Source of the DNA: Okamejei kenojei | Taxonomy: Eukaryota | Assembly: GCA_035221665.1 (NCBI GenBank) | Contig: CM069153.1 | Span: 33,852,001 to 33,916,000, forward strand | Length of the DNA: 64,000 nucleotides | Direction: 5' to 3' | In this document: piece after piece, positions 26,060 through 38,938 of the stretch | Position numbering within the stretch: the first letter of the stretch is position 1 | Layout: each line of letters starts with the position of its first letter | The notes under the pieces: generated by a model | Told to the model about the DNA's origin: nothing | Databases searched by the model: none | Seen by the model: only the letters and a program-made list of their open reading frames with translations | Translations under genes and position numbers: made by a program

Positions 26060-26430
26060 TCATTGGCTGTCATTCTTACCTTAGAGAAAGAAGGACGAGG
26101 TTTTAAGTCTCACTCCAGAGACTTGAGCACTAATTCTATGATGCTGCACAGTTGTAAGAGCCACCTTTTGGATCCAGTGGTGAAGTAGATCTGTCTACTC
26201 AGATCGATGATAAATATTCATTGGTACAATTTAGGAGGAGAGCAAGGGTGATTCTATCCAGCACCCTGATAAATTATTTATTGCCACCGGATATAACAAG
26301 GTAATTGCTATATGCAGATTGGTTACTGTGTTCTCATATGTTACTGGAGTAGCTTCACTTTAAAAGGGTACCTGATTATATAAGAGGAGCTTTGGAATTT
26401 CCCGAAGATGTTAAAAGAACAATATAAATA
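26060..26430 (+). mobile_element. Old SINE, probably Deu-domain (SacSINE1-like)
   Basis: ggttttaagtctcactccagagacttgagcac head and degenerate body; related degenerate copies at about 22040-22400 (+) and 40535-40860 (-); family call from memory. Confidence 0.45.
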
Positions 26431-26948
26431 CAAGCTTCTATCTCTCCTTCCTTTATTCAAAATCTTCTTCTCTTCTTCCTTTCCACATTGTTCTCTCACT
26501 CCTTCCCAATACTTGGATAAAAAGTAATAAATGAAATTTCCTTTTACAAATCTTAAGAATCGAAGAATGAGGAGCAGAAAGAGGCCATTCAGCCCCTCAA
26601 GTGTGCTCCACTACTCAACAGGGTAATGGCAAGTCTTCTATTTCAACACAATTTTCCTCCCCAGTCTCAATATCCTCTTTAACTTGCAGAAATCAATCAG
26701 TCTCATATTCGAATAAAATCCATAACTAGGTCTCCACAGTCCCCAGAGTGCAGAGCCCAAAGGTTCACCGTCCTTTAACTGAAGAGGTTTCTCTTCATTT
26801 GATCAATATCATGAAATTCTCCTTTCATTGAAGGTGCTTATTCTTACTTGGGTACAAATACTTTGGTCATTACAAGACCTTCCAGTTATGTTGTGTCTGT
26901 GCGGGTAAGAGTCACTGGTTTTCTGATTCTGTGTTTATTCCCCTTCAG

Positions 26949-27395
26949 TCGAGTGCACGTAGCTCCCCCTACGCTCCTTGGAGCACAGCCAGTAGCTGGA
27001 ACAGTCGCCGCTCGAGCTGGAACAGCCTTTGCCGAGCACAAAGCCTGAAGCGCAAGCACCAGTCTGGTGAGCGGAAGTCCCTCCTCTCGGGTGATGGCAA
27101 AGAAAGTTCTGAAGAAGGCGATGGATCGGAGGATGAGAAAGCCAGTCGGGCAGGTGGAGAGAGGGGGCCTGCTCCTCTGCGCCTGGAATCTCTGGAGATG
27201 AAGAGTTCTTTCGATATTCCTGAAACCCTGCAGGTGCCCAGTCTTCACAGATCCCCCAGCATCCATAGCAGCAGGACCCCACCACTGGACTGCCAGGACT
27301 GTAATGGTAAGATGTCCCCGGTCAACATGCTACACCAGTTCCACATGGATGAACAGCGAGCTGAGTTCGAGAATGCTGAAGACGAAGTTGATTTG
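26949..27395 (+). CDS. CACNA1G: Cav3.1 exon (approx. exon 17), II-III linker
   Basis: cccttcag|TCGAGT...GATTTG|gtgagt; 447 nt, phase 0/0; SSARSSPYAPWSTASSWNSRRSSWNSL...SGERKSLLSG...SSFDIPETLQVP...QDCNGK. Confidence 0.95.
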
Positions 27396-28444
27396 GTGAG
27401 TTGTACGTGTGCCTGAACTATACAATAGTGTTTTATATTTGATGATTTCTCCCAGGGATACATTGAACGGTGTAAACAGAGGAAATGGATGTCCTATCAT
27501 ACTTATCTCTAGGCTTATGTCATTATTAATCTCCCTTTCTCCAGGAGAAGACATGCTGTGCTAGATACTGAAAACCAAAAAAGTTTCGTCTTTTGAACAG
27601 GATTTCTTTATTTCAGATTTTTTTCTCCCCCCCCCCCCCCCCACTGTTTTACTGTCACTATTTCTCTCATCTTCTTGTTGTGTATATCTCTTCCAATCAC
27701 TCACATTGTGGCTCACAACAACATGAACCAGAGGCCTAAAGAAATAAAAAGGACCCACATTTTGGAGGGAAAATGTCAGCAATTTTGTGTATTGCTGCTA
27801 GGACTTCCCTAGCTCGGAGTCACCACGTATGAGATCTCTGCAAATGTGTGTCCAAACATAATGGTTCTGAATTTTCTGACAACAGTTCATCAATTCAACT
27901 ACGTTGCAAAGTTAAAATCGCTTGGGGTTTAGCGTGGGAAATTGCAGAAAGTCATCCTCCATCCCTAACATGCTCGTAAGGGACAAATCAATAGGTTTTT
28001 TTTAATTGTTTAAATATTTTTAAATCATTTTTAATAGTATTATAAAACTATTTAATAATTTTGATTGATTCTGAATATCAGACTCTTGGGCGCATATGTA
28101 CCTTATGACAGTCTGCTACACAATGGGGCAATGATTTGCCATCTGTCACTTTCATTGTGGGTCATAATATTCTAATCCATCTATGAAATGGCACCAAGCA
28201 TAGAGCACAGTATATGGGCCAAAGATAAAAAAACTCACTAAGAGCAAGTTTGCTAACTGTATTCAATACTTCAAATTGTCTGTAGTTTGGTGCCATTTAA
28301 GGATTGTGGTTGCAGGAGATGTTGCCAGAGTAGAATCATTTTGATCGAACCCTGGATCATTTTGCTCTGTTATTGGTGATAATGCATATTCAGGGATTTG
28401 GCATCAATGTTATGTCTTATTACTATAATCTGTATGATACCTAT

Positions 28445-28795
28445 TCATAAGGAGGCAACTCAGCCATTGAGTCTATGCTGGTTCACCATGGAAGTATTCC
28501 AGTAATCCTATTTGTCCTCTTTCTATCCTCTGCAACTTATTATCTCTCAATTCTCCTTTGACTCTGTTTCTACTTACCTGCACTTAGGTGTGATTTACAG
28601 TAAAACAATCAACCTTACAGCATATATTTGGTATGTGAGAGGAAATATGAGAGCAACTGGGGGAAGCAGTGTGGTAGCAGAGAGAATATGAAACATTCAC
28701 CCACAGTGTGCAAATATGAGATCGCACCTGCATGATTGCATGAGTCCGTATTAAAGCTGTGCAATAGAAACATTTACTGCTGCACCACCCCGTGT
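28445..28795 (-). mobile_element. Diverged V-SINE-like element
   Basis: Reverse complement resembles the 8978-9310 element (ctgctgcaccacc end, tttggtatgtgagaggaaa core). Confidence 0.55.
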
Positions 28796-28988
28796 CTTAC
28801 ACATCACATGCACTTTTGTTTTTGTCAAGTGAGAGTATTTTATCAGAGTTAAATTTGCCTCTGCCGTTGCTGAAGGAACCACTTCCAAATATGTTCTCTG
28901 AATGCAATCCTCCTGTATTCAGCGACTGGAATGAACCCAACACAGAATCTGGACTCCAGAACTGACATGTGCTACCTTGTTTCTGCAG

Positions 28989-29089
28989 AGCAAATGCGCA
29001 CGGTTGCTGGCATGGATTCAAAGCAAGCTGCCGCCTTGTTTCAAGGAGCGGGAGGGCTGGTCGCTCTATCTCTTCCCACCACAGTCCAA
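28989..29089 (+). CDS. CACNA1G: Cav3.1 exon (approx. exon 18), end of II-III linker
   Basis: ttctgcag|AGCAAA...TCCAA|gtaaga; 101 nt, phase 0/2; SKCARLLAWIQSKLPPCFKEREGWSLYLFPPQS; this frame is absent from the ORF track. Confidence 0.94.
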
Positions 29090-29449
29090 GTAAGAAATTA
29101 AAACCTATTGAATTTTTGCCTTTAATTGAAAGAGGGCAACTGGACATGTTCATTTTTACCAAAGCAATGTAAGGGATTTTAAAAAAGGACTGAGAACCTT
29201 CCGGGGAAATAACTTGTATTTATATATTGCCTATAGTACAGCAAACTCCAGGGGCAACACAGAAGCCTAAACAGATAAAGTTTGCCTTTTCCACATATGA
29301 GGGTGAAAATTGTGCTTAGAAAATATATATTTTAACGATAAATATAAGCATTAACATAAAGTGGTCTAATTACAAATGTTACAGCTTGAAATCCACAAAT
29401 CAGAGATGAGAAAATTAAATGAATTAGAATTGTGCTGATAATACACAGG

Positions 29450-29675
29450 TCATAAGGTCATAAGGGATAGTAGAATTAGGGCATTCAACCCATCAAGTCT
29501 ACTCCACCATTCAATCATGGCTGATCTACCTCTCCCTCCTAATCACATTATCCTGTCTTCTCCCCATAACCATTGACACCTGTACTAATCAAGAATCTAT
29601 CTATCTCTGCTTTGAAAATATCCACTGACTGCCTCCACAGCCTTCAGTGGCAAATAGTTCCACAGATTCACCAGA
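29450..29675 (-). mobile_element. CR1-type LINE 3' end
   Basis: (ggtcataa)2 tail followed by sequence matching 24236-24470. Confidence 0.8.
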
Positions 29676-29959
29676 GGACTGAAGGAATCTACAGATAAGT
29701 GGTGCCCATGTGAAAGTTTGAGTCCTGGAGCCAATGTAGGATGTAGAGGCACATTAATTATAAGTGAACAAGAGTTGATAGCCTTTTAGAGGTTCCCACA
29801 AGAAGTAAATGAAAAAAACATCTCTTCAGGAGCTCAAATAAGTGGTTTTAAGGTCATATTAATTTAATTTTATTTATATAATTTAGTTGACAGACAAATG
29901 TTTAAGAATTTAAGTGGCAGAAGTACTCTAGAGAACTGGGACAGTTTTTCATGACTTAA

Positions 29960-30310
29960 GGATATAAAACTATGATAGGCATTGATAGGGTAGACAGTCA
30001 TAATCATTTTCCCATGGTGGAAATGCCAAAGAATAGGGGGCAAAGCTTTAAGGTAAAAGGAGGAAAGTTTAAAGAAGATGTGTGGGGCAAGATTTTTACA
30101 CGAAGTGGAACACTTTGCTGGCGGAAGTGGTGGAAGCCGATACGATAATGCCATTTCTAAGACTTTTAGATAGGCACATGGCTCTGTGAGAAATGGAGTG
30201 GTATGGATCATGTGAAGGCAGATGAGATTAGTTTATATTAGCATTATGTTCAGCACAAACATTGTGGGCCAAAGGGACTATTCATGTGCTGTACTTTTCT
30301 ATGTTCTATG
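29960..30310 (+). mobile_element. CR1-type LINE 3' fragment
   Basis: gatagggtagacagtca...tttaaggtaaaaggaggaaagtttaaa...gggccaaagggacta...gctgtacttttctatgttctatg tail. Confidence 0.75.
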
Positions 30311-30902
30311 AAACAAAGAGCTAGTTTCTCTAATATATCATCAGCACACATGAACTTGTGACTGGAACGAAAAACAGAATCAATATCCATGCTGGTTCTT
30401 CCTACTTACGCAGGTTAGAAAGTCAACATTTTATTTTTAGATATGAGAGATTGTTGAGGCTGTTATTTGCTTTGTTCTTAACTGAATGAACCAACAGGAA
30501 CACTGTCGCATTGTACAGCACAAACTAAGCCATATAAAGCCTGTGGTATATTCATTCGATTGAGCAAACAAAGAAAGGTTTAATCCATTCACAGTATGAC
30601 TACATTAGTGTTACTTAATCCAGGGATGCTGGGTCTATAGAAATTTACCATTTCCAGAAAAATAGGTTGTTTATGGTTTTTTTATGATTCCATACATGAA
30701 TAAAATGCTAAAGTTTGGGATGGTCAAATTGTGAATAGAATTTCTAGAATTAGAATTAAACTGCTTATTGTGGGACTGGTTGGAGGAAACAAATGCTAGA
30801 GGGTAAATTGTATTGGCTAATTGCATTGAATACATTGCATTTACAGTACAGAAACTGACATTAGTGTAACTTATCCATGCCAGTAAGTATTTTCTACAGG
30901 TC

Positions 30903-31200
30903 TTAGTTTAGTTTAGAGATACAGCACAGAAATAAGGCCTTTGGCCCACCAACTCCACAGCGACTAGTGATCCCAGCACTCTAACACTATCCTACACATA
31001 CTAGGGACAATTTTACATTTATATCAACCCAATTAACCTTCAAACCTGTATGTCTTTGGAGTGTGGGAGGAAACCGAAGATCTTGGAGATTTTCACGGGG
31101 AGAACGTACAAACTCCATACAGACAGCACCCGTTGTCAGGATCGAACCGGGGTCTCTGGCGCTGTAAGGCAGTAACTCTACCGCTACATCACCCTGCCAC
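30903..31200 (-). mobile_element. tRNA-derived V-SINE (HE1-like)
   Basis: Reverse complement of the 35696-35995 family; (ttagt)n tail; B box seen as ggatcgaacc. Confidence 0.85.
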
Positions 31201-32234
31201 CCTTCTCCAGAAATTCTTTCCTACCACCATGTTACTCCTGTTTCATTATAAATACATCTATCCTGTTAGACTCAACTGCTCCACATGGTAACACATTCCA
31301 CATTCTAACATAAAACATTTTTACTTTTATTTCTCTTACTTGGACATGAATCAACTTCATTGGTGAAGGCAACATTTTGCGTCCAATTTAAAGTAACACA
31401 CGTTATCAGTAAGAAACCAAGGCAGCCATAATTATGTTCGATTTTTCTATTTAAAAAAAAAAATTAACAAGCTGTTTAACACTTGCAATTGGCAAGATAC
31501 CGATTATTTATCAGTGTAAAATAGATTGATTTCCAGTAATGGCACAGTGTACAAACTGACTCGATTGAGGTTTGGAGGCCTTGTATTTAACAAAGATGAG
31601 AGATGGGATATTCCTTTCAACACATGAGATAGCACATACAATGAAACCAGAAGCAAAGTAAATGACAGCACATGCACAGATGAGCAGAATCATTTAGTGT
31701 GAGGGAAAGAAAGCAACTCAAAGGAAGAACAGTATGTTTCAAAGGGCACTAACATGGATCAATTTCAATATCAATATCAATTTGACCATCACACACTTTG
31801 GCATTTTTCATTCATCTGTATCCGTGAATGGCTTGATTGTAATCATGTATTACCTTTCCACTGACTGGTTAGCACGCAACAAAAGCTTTTCACTGTACCT
31901 TGGTACACGTGACAAAAAAACGAAACTAAACTGTTTTAGTTCTGCTAACTATAGTTTAGAGACTAATAGAAACTGCAACTCGGTTTCAGAAATGAATGCC
32001 CTGGAATTTGCTGGGTGTTGACAGCAGTCCACAAAGAACATCCAGTATTTCTTATGCCTCTTGCTCATTTTTATGCCATCAGAATTAGATTCTCCTTACT
32101 TGTAATATTAAAACCTTTCATCGTTTTTAAGATAAAGGTGATGTCCACTCAGTTTGGTCACTGGTTTAGAGTGATAGTTGAAAATGGCTGTACTTGTTTT
32201 GTGTTAACAGTAAATGGCTATGTTTATTTTATAG

Positions 32235-32358
32235 GATTCGACATGTTTGCAGCAGAATTATTTCACACAAGATGTTCGACCACATAGTTCTTGTTATTAT
32301 CTTCCTGAACTGCATCACTATTGCCATGGAGAGACCTAAGATCGATCCTAAGAGTGCA
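32235..32358 (+). CDS. CACNA1G: Cav3.1 exon (approx. exon 19), domain III S1
   Basis: ttttatag|GATTCGA...AGTGCA|gtaggt; 124 nt, phase 2/0; [41 protein letters not shown]. Confidence 0.96.
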
Positions 32359-34920
32359 GTAGGTTTTATTTCTCCAATTCATTTATTATGGCCTGTTTAA
32401 TTTGTATTGTTATATTGAAGGCACGAGGGCTACATGATTGTGAACATAGACACAAAATGCTGGAGTAACTCAGCGGGACAGGCAGCATCTCTGGAGAAAA
32501 GGAATGGGTGATGTTTCGGGTCTGACTGATTAATTAGCATATGGATTGAACAGAAATGAATGTCTCCCTACTTAACAAATACTAAGGTGGATATGTGGAT
32601 AAACAGACCAGGCTAGATAGATAGATAGATATTTAGATAATAACTACAGATGTAAACAGTGAAAGTTTATATACCATAAGAAAATTAAAATAGATTAAGT
32701 GGACAGGTGGAAAGATACTGAAACATAAATAAAATACTAGAAGGATGCAACTATTTGAACAATTGTGTTCCATTTGTATGCTTTACCAGAGAATCCAAAA
32801 GGCTGACAGTTTACCTAAAGACATAAATGAACACCATCTAGCATCCGACTCGATTGTCTATTTACTTTTATGTGCCAACTAACCCTCCTCGAGATGATTG
32901 CTGATACAGTTTTTCAACCTTTTCTCCTTCTCACATTACCCTGGGAGTAGGGAGGTATCAAATATCACATGCCAGGTGTCAGCAAATTAGTATCTACAGT
33001 GCTAGATTATTGTTCCAGGGGCACAGGTTCAACTCCCACAGTGGCACCTAAGGAATTTCATGTAGAGTAATTCAATAAATCTGGAATTAAAGAAAGACAA
33101 ATAATGAAAATGGTGACTGCCAATTTTCATCTTGTTGTCTAAGAAGCCCCTGAATCAGCAGTATAGTTCAGATGGAGCAATCTTCTGTTCTTATCCTTGA
33201 CAAAGGAAATTCAGCATGTCTCCAGCAACTCTTACCAACTTCCACAGACACTGTACATAAATACAACCAAGTTAAACTCAAGTACAATTGATAGAGCAAA
33301 GGGGAAGATACAGAGAGCAGAATACATTTCTCAGCATTGTAACACATCATTCTATAGACAAACCCCAATGTCTGCAATCAGAGGTGAATCAGGCAGTACC
33401 TTAGCTCATAGAAGCACCGTTCAAAATGGCTCGATTGTATTCATGTGTTGTATTATATGACTGGATAGCATGCAAACTAAGTTTTTCACTGAATCTTAAT
33501 ACACATGACAATAGTAATAAACCAATGATAATAATAAAATACCAAATAATAACTCTGCCCTTTTCCAATATCTTCATATATCATTGAGTATGATCATTAG
33601 CTTGGTCATATCTTAATAATCCGAGAGCACTTTGGTCTGCCCGAAACCTCTTGATCTTCCATGAGATGTCCAATGAGATGCCCAAAACGATGTCCGTATT
33701 CCTTTTTGAATACTGCCAAATGGCACATTCCAAGTGCTGGAGTACGTGCTGGGTGACACATTGACGCCAATGCAATACCTTAGAGGGGAAGTACTGCAGT
33801 CTAATGTCCTTCTGCCATGAGGTGTTGAGGGGCTAAGCCCCGTATAGAAGCCACTTAGTTACATTAAGTTTGTACTGTCCCAGGAGGCCACAAGAATGGC
33901 AATGGTGCTCTGGACACAAGATTTGCTGACCCTACCAATATATAACATACACCATAGAATAGTACAGCAAAGGAACAGGCCCTTTGGCCCACAATGTCTG
34001 TGTTAAATGTGATACCAAGTTAAACTAACCTCCTCTACCTGCACGTGATCCATATCCATCTGTTCCTTCCATATCTACATCCCTATCATATGCCTCTATC
34101 ATATCTAATATTGCGAATGAATAGTCTGAATGACACTACAGATATGAAGATAAACTTGCACTCTGGTTTTACTTGTATTTTTGATGTTTTTGTACATATT
34201 TATTACATATTGTATATTTTAATCTAAAAAAAAACATATGTTGTAAACATAGCAGCTGCCAAACCATTCCTTTATAAATGATTCTGACCCAATAGATTTT
34301 CAGTAAATCTAAGATTTATTCCCAATGTAAACAGAAAGTTAAATCTTGATTTTAAGTAAATGGATTCAATATGGATTTCAAAAAGGGTCAATTTTCAGAT
34401 TCATGAAAAACTGGGGATTGGGATTAATTCAACAAATTTTCAGAGCCAATGGGATGAATCGCTGCGCGTGCAATGCTGAGAAGAGGAGGATGCAGCAGGG
34501 TTACAGAGTCACAGTAAATAAACTAGGAGAGAAAGTTAGTTTGGATGTTGACAAGTAATGATACACATAGCAACTCATTCTTTGTCTACTGCAAGTCGGA
34601 ATATTCATGCACCGCACTACTTCCCAACTGGACAGTTGTCTGACATCTTCAGTAATATTTAGATAACATTTGGCTTAGAAACATAGAAAATAGATGCAGG
34701 AGATGCAGCCCTTCGAGCCAGCACGGCCATTCAATATGATCATGGCTGATCATCCAAACTCAGTACTCCGTTCCTGCTTTTTCCCCATATCCCTGGATTC
34801 CGTTAGCCCCAACAGCTAAATCTAACTCTCTCTTGAAAGCTTAAGGTTGTTTTTGAAGTAATTTATGAATTATTTGTCTGCTAACATCAGTAATATTATT
34901 AATAGACTCAGCTTCTGTCT

Positions 34921-34991
34921 TGTGTGTGGACATGTACGTGTGTTTGCCTTGTATGCACAAGCAGTGTGTTTGTGTGTGCATGTGTGTGTGT
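34921..34991. repeat. Imperfect (TG)n microsatellite
   Basis: tgtgtgtgga...gtgtgtgcatgtgtgtgtgt. Confidence 0.7.
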
Positions 34992-35695
34992 TTTTCCCAT
35001 ATGAAATGAAGCACAGTTATGTTCCTACTTAAAAGAAGGTATAGACTTATGTTGTTTGCTATTCGAGGAAAATAAATTTATCTCAGTGTGTTACGATTTG
35101 ACACTCATTTGTATTTGTTTAATTACCATGACCTGCATGTGTATCATTGATAGATTAATGATCCTAATTATCGATAATCACCAAAACCTCTGAGTGAGTT
35201 ACAGCCAGGACTTTACAGTTTCGATGATTTAATACTAGATGGTTGTTAGAGTAATAAAAGATCACTTTGATTGAATATGTGCTATTTATAGTAATGATTT
35301 TGGAGTGTTGTTAAACACATGGTCATATTTTATTGCTGGACTATTCCCGTTTTATTTAACATCAACCACTGGCTTCTGGCAGATACTTAAATGAAGTGAA
35401 GCCAGAAATAATAGCAGTCCCATGAAAAGATAGGATAGAAATAGTTCTACAATTAGAAAGAATATTGATAGTAACCCAGTCAAGGCTGACACAACATGAA
35501 ATCCTGCTGTTTGCATTTTATTTTCGCTGCCAGCCCTGAAATGTAAAAAGCATCTGTGAGCAACACAGGAGGTGGCGGTTAAACAGAGCTCTAGAAACAG
35601 CACTATGATATTCACAAGGATGTTCCAGTGCAAAAATATAAATGGGGTCCGATGTGTAGCTCGTGGGCCAGTGACATAAAGTTGCAAGCACAACA

Positions 35696-35995
35696 GTCAC
35701 AGTGGCACAGCGGTAGAGTTGCTGCCTTACAGCGCTTGCAGCGCCGGAGACCCGGGTTCGATCCCGACTCTGTACGGGGTTTGTACATTCTCCTTGTGAT
35801 CGCGTGGGTTTTCTCCGAGATCTTCAGTTTCCTCCCATACTCCAAAGACATACAGGTTTGTAGGTTAATTGGCTTGGTGTATGTGTAAATTGTCCCTAGT
35901 GGGTGTAGGATAGTGTTAATGTGCATGGATCGCTGGTCGGTGCGGACGTGGTCGGCCAAAAGGCCTGTTTCTGCCCTGTATCTCTGAACTAAAAA
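35696..35995 (+). mobile_element. tRNA-derived V-SINE (HE1-like), relatively intact
   Basis: A box tggcacagcgg, B box gggttcgatcc, V-core gtttgtacattctcc...gggttttctcc...gtttcctccca, CR1-like tail. Confidence 0.88.
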
Positions 35996-37601
35996 AATAA
36001 CCACTTTAATTATCTCTATTTTGAATCTGTTCCAGATGTAAATGGGTCAGTGAGAGCTCTAGCAGCCCCATCACATGTCAGTGAAGCAGGAGCTTGCAGT
36101 ATAATAAATGTATGAGGCTACTTTAAATATCACCTCCAGACAATAAAGTACTCTTGACTCTTGACTAGATGGACCTGTAAAATGGCTTTAAATTTGCTCC
36201 ACTATCAACCTTAACTATAAATGAGGAATTGAAGTGATTAGGTTCTTTCTATGCAACATGAATGTGCTTTTAAGCAAGCTTACAATATTGGTCCATAACA
36301 CATGTTTTTGTATTATTAAATGGACAGTCCTTATAATTAAAATTGTGCCACACTATCAAGTAAAATAGAAGACATTGTTGGAATATCATTCTACAGGTTA
36401 TCATTAAACAGGTTTCCACTGTACACAATAACATAAGCAGTGAGTCTGCTGTGGTAACATCACAGATCTTATTAAAATGTTATTAAAATCACAAGTTACT
36501 GCAAATACTCAGCAGATTAGGCAGAATCTGTGGAAATTCAAACTGTGTTAAGACTTTAAATCAGTGACTGTGATTTATTAAAGATGTCTTGCTTTTTTGA
36601 CTGTGGAATTCCACAAGACCTACATCATTTATTTTAAACTCCTATTACATTGGCAGCACAAATGCATGTATTTTATAAATGTTCGTGGTATGTTAATACC
36701 TATTCCTTCGTGTTATCACAGTTCTTTTGCGCAGTCAACCTTCTCTGATCTCCAGCCCATTGTGTAAATTAAGAACAAGTGAAAAAGCTGAAGTTAAAAG
36801 CTGAACATCCCAAAGGCTTTTAAATTAGGTATGCGCACATGACAAGTTTATACAACAGATGCAGCAGATACTGGTGAGGAAAGCGGAGCAGCTGCAGCTG
36901 TTGGAAGGGCTGACCCAATAGTTTTCAGTTCTTTCTATGACCGGAATCAGATTCCTGGCAGGTAAATTAGATGCAGGTTTAAAGTAATTGGTAAAAGATC
37001 TAGAAGGGAGCTTAGGGGATTTTTTTTTAATCATCTGCGTAACTCACTATCTGAAATGTTGGTGGAAGGAATTACTACTAGAAAGGAAAAAGTGTTGGAG
37101 AAGAATGAGGAAAGACCATGGAGTGTAACAAGTGGTAGCCCATTCAATAGCCAGCACAATTATATGGGTGGAAAGGTTCTTCACTTCTCGCTATCCTCTA
37201 TGAGCTACCCTCGGCAAGATGGTTGGATTAATAATTCTGTTTGGTTAATTTGTTGGAATGATAATTATTTCCTAACTGTGTAAATCATAAATATTTTTTT
37301 AAATGTTGAGGTTTTATGTGCTTGTTAAAATGCAGTTATTTTTCTGCAGAGTAACATTTCCTTCACATACCCAAGTCTGTTTAAAGCCCCACCAACCAAC
37401 CTATTTAAACCAACCCTGTAACTTCACTGAAAGGGAAAGTATACTTATTGCAAATCCTAGAGCACAATGATGTAGGTCTGAAAATTGATTAAAACTGGCA
37501 TTTCACATTATGATCTTTGAAACCAGGAGGTAAAGAAGCTGCCATTGCTCTTTGCTACTTCTAAACTAGAAATAGAAGGAAAGTTAACTAATTTCTGAAA
37601 A

Positions 37602-38938
37602 GGTCGTAGCCATTTCACCACCAACTTCCATCCAGCACTCAAATACACTTGGACCATTTCCGACATTTCCCTACCATTCCTTGACCTCACCATCTCTATT
37701 GCAGGTGATACACTCCTGACCGACATCCACTACAAACCAACTGACTCCCACAGCTACCTGGACTACTCTTCCTCCCACCCTGCTTCCTGTAAGGACTCCA
37801 TCCCCTATTCCCAATTCCTCCGCCTACGCCGCATCTGCTCCCAGGATGAGGTGTTCCACACCAGGTCATCACAAATGGCCTCATTCTTCAGAGAACGGGG
37901 ATTCCCCTCCCCCACCATAGATGAGGCTCGCACCAGGGTCTCCTCCATACCCCGCAACACTGCCCTCTCTCCCCATTCCCCCATTCGCAAACAGGGCAGA
38001 GTCCCCTGGTCCTCACCTTTCACCCCACCAGCCGGCAAATACAACACATAGTCCTCCGCCAGTTTCGCCACCTCCAACGTGTCCCCTCCACTCGCCACAT
38101 CTTCCCATCTCCCCCCCTGTCTGCCTTCCGCAAAGACCGCTCCCTCCGCAACTTCCTTGTCAATTCTTCCCTTCCCTCCCGCTCTACCCCTTCCCCGGGC
38201 ACTTTCCCTTGCAACCGCAAGAAATGCCACACTTGTCCCTTCACCTCCCCACTCCACTCCTTTCAGGGACCCAAGCAGTCCTTCCAGGTCCGACAGAGGT
38301 TCACCTGCACCTCCTCCAACCTCATCTACTGCATCCGCTGCTCCAGATGCCAGATGATCTATATCAGTGAGACCAAGCGGAGGCTTGGCGATCGTTTTGC
38401 CGAACACCTCCGCACGGTCCGCATTAACCAACCCGACCTCCCGGTGGCTCAGCACTTCAACTCCCCCTCCCATTCCGTATCCGACCTCTCGGTCCTGGGC
38501 CTCCTCCACGGCCAGAGTGAGCAACACCGCAAGTTGGAGGAACAGCACCTCATATTGCCGCTTGGGGAGTCTGCATCCTTTGGGCTTGAACATTGAATTT
38601 TCTCAATTCTGTTAACCCTTGCTGTCTCCTCTCCTTCCCACCTCTCCCTCAGCCCTTGGGCCCTGGCATTCCCTCTCTCTCTATCTCCCTCCCCCACCCT
38701 AGTCGCACCAGCCTCTCATTTTCACACCACAAACAGCTTACAATGGCTTGTTCCCTTTATCATTGATACTTTTTTGCATATCTTTCATTCATTGTTCTTT
38801 ATCTCTCCACATCACCGTCTATATCTCTTGTTTCCCTGATCCCTGACTGAAGAATGGTCTCGACCCGAAACGTCGCCTATCTCCTTCGCTCCTTAGATGC
38901 TGCTGCACCCGCTGAGTTTCTCCAGCCTTTTGTGTACC
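37602..38938 (+). mobile_element. 5'-truncated Penelope-like retroelement (probably Neptune type): RT C-terminus, Cys-rich linker, GIY-YIG endonuclease, tail
   Basis: PFLDLTISI...KPTDSHSYLDYSSSHP; PGTFPCNRKKCHTC; SNLIYCIRCSRCQMIYISETKRRLGDRFAEH; perfect 14-bp TSD ctaatttctgaaaa at 37588-37601 and 38939-38952; frameshifted. Confidence 0.93.

Noticed and set aside
35701-35770. tRNA-like A and B boxes (also at 25761 and on the minus strand near 31140-31200)
   Set aside because: These are SINE heads followed by a V-core and LINE-like tail; no full cloverleaf, so not tRNA genes
37805-38593. 262-aa minus-strand ORF, the longest in the track
   Set aside because: Antisense shadow of the GC-rich Penelope RT/GIY-YIG region; the recognisable motifs are on the + strand
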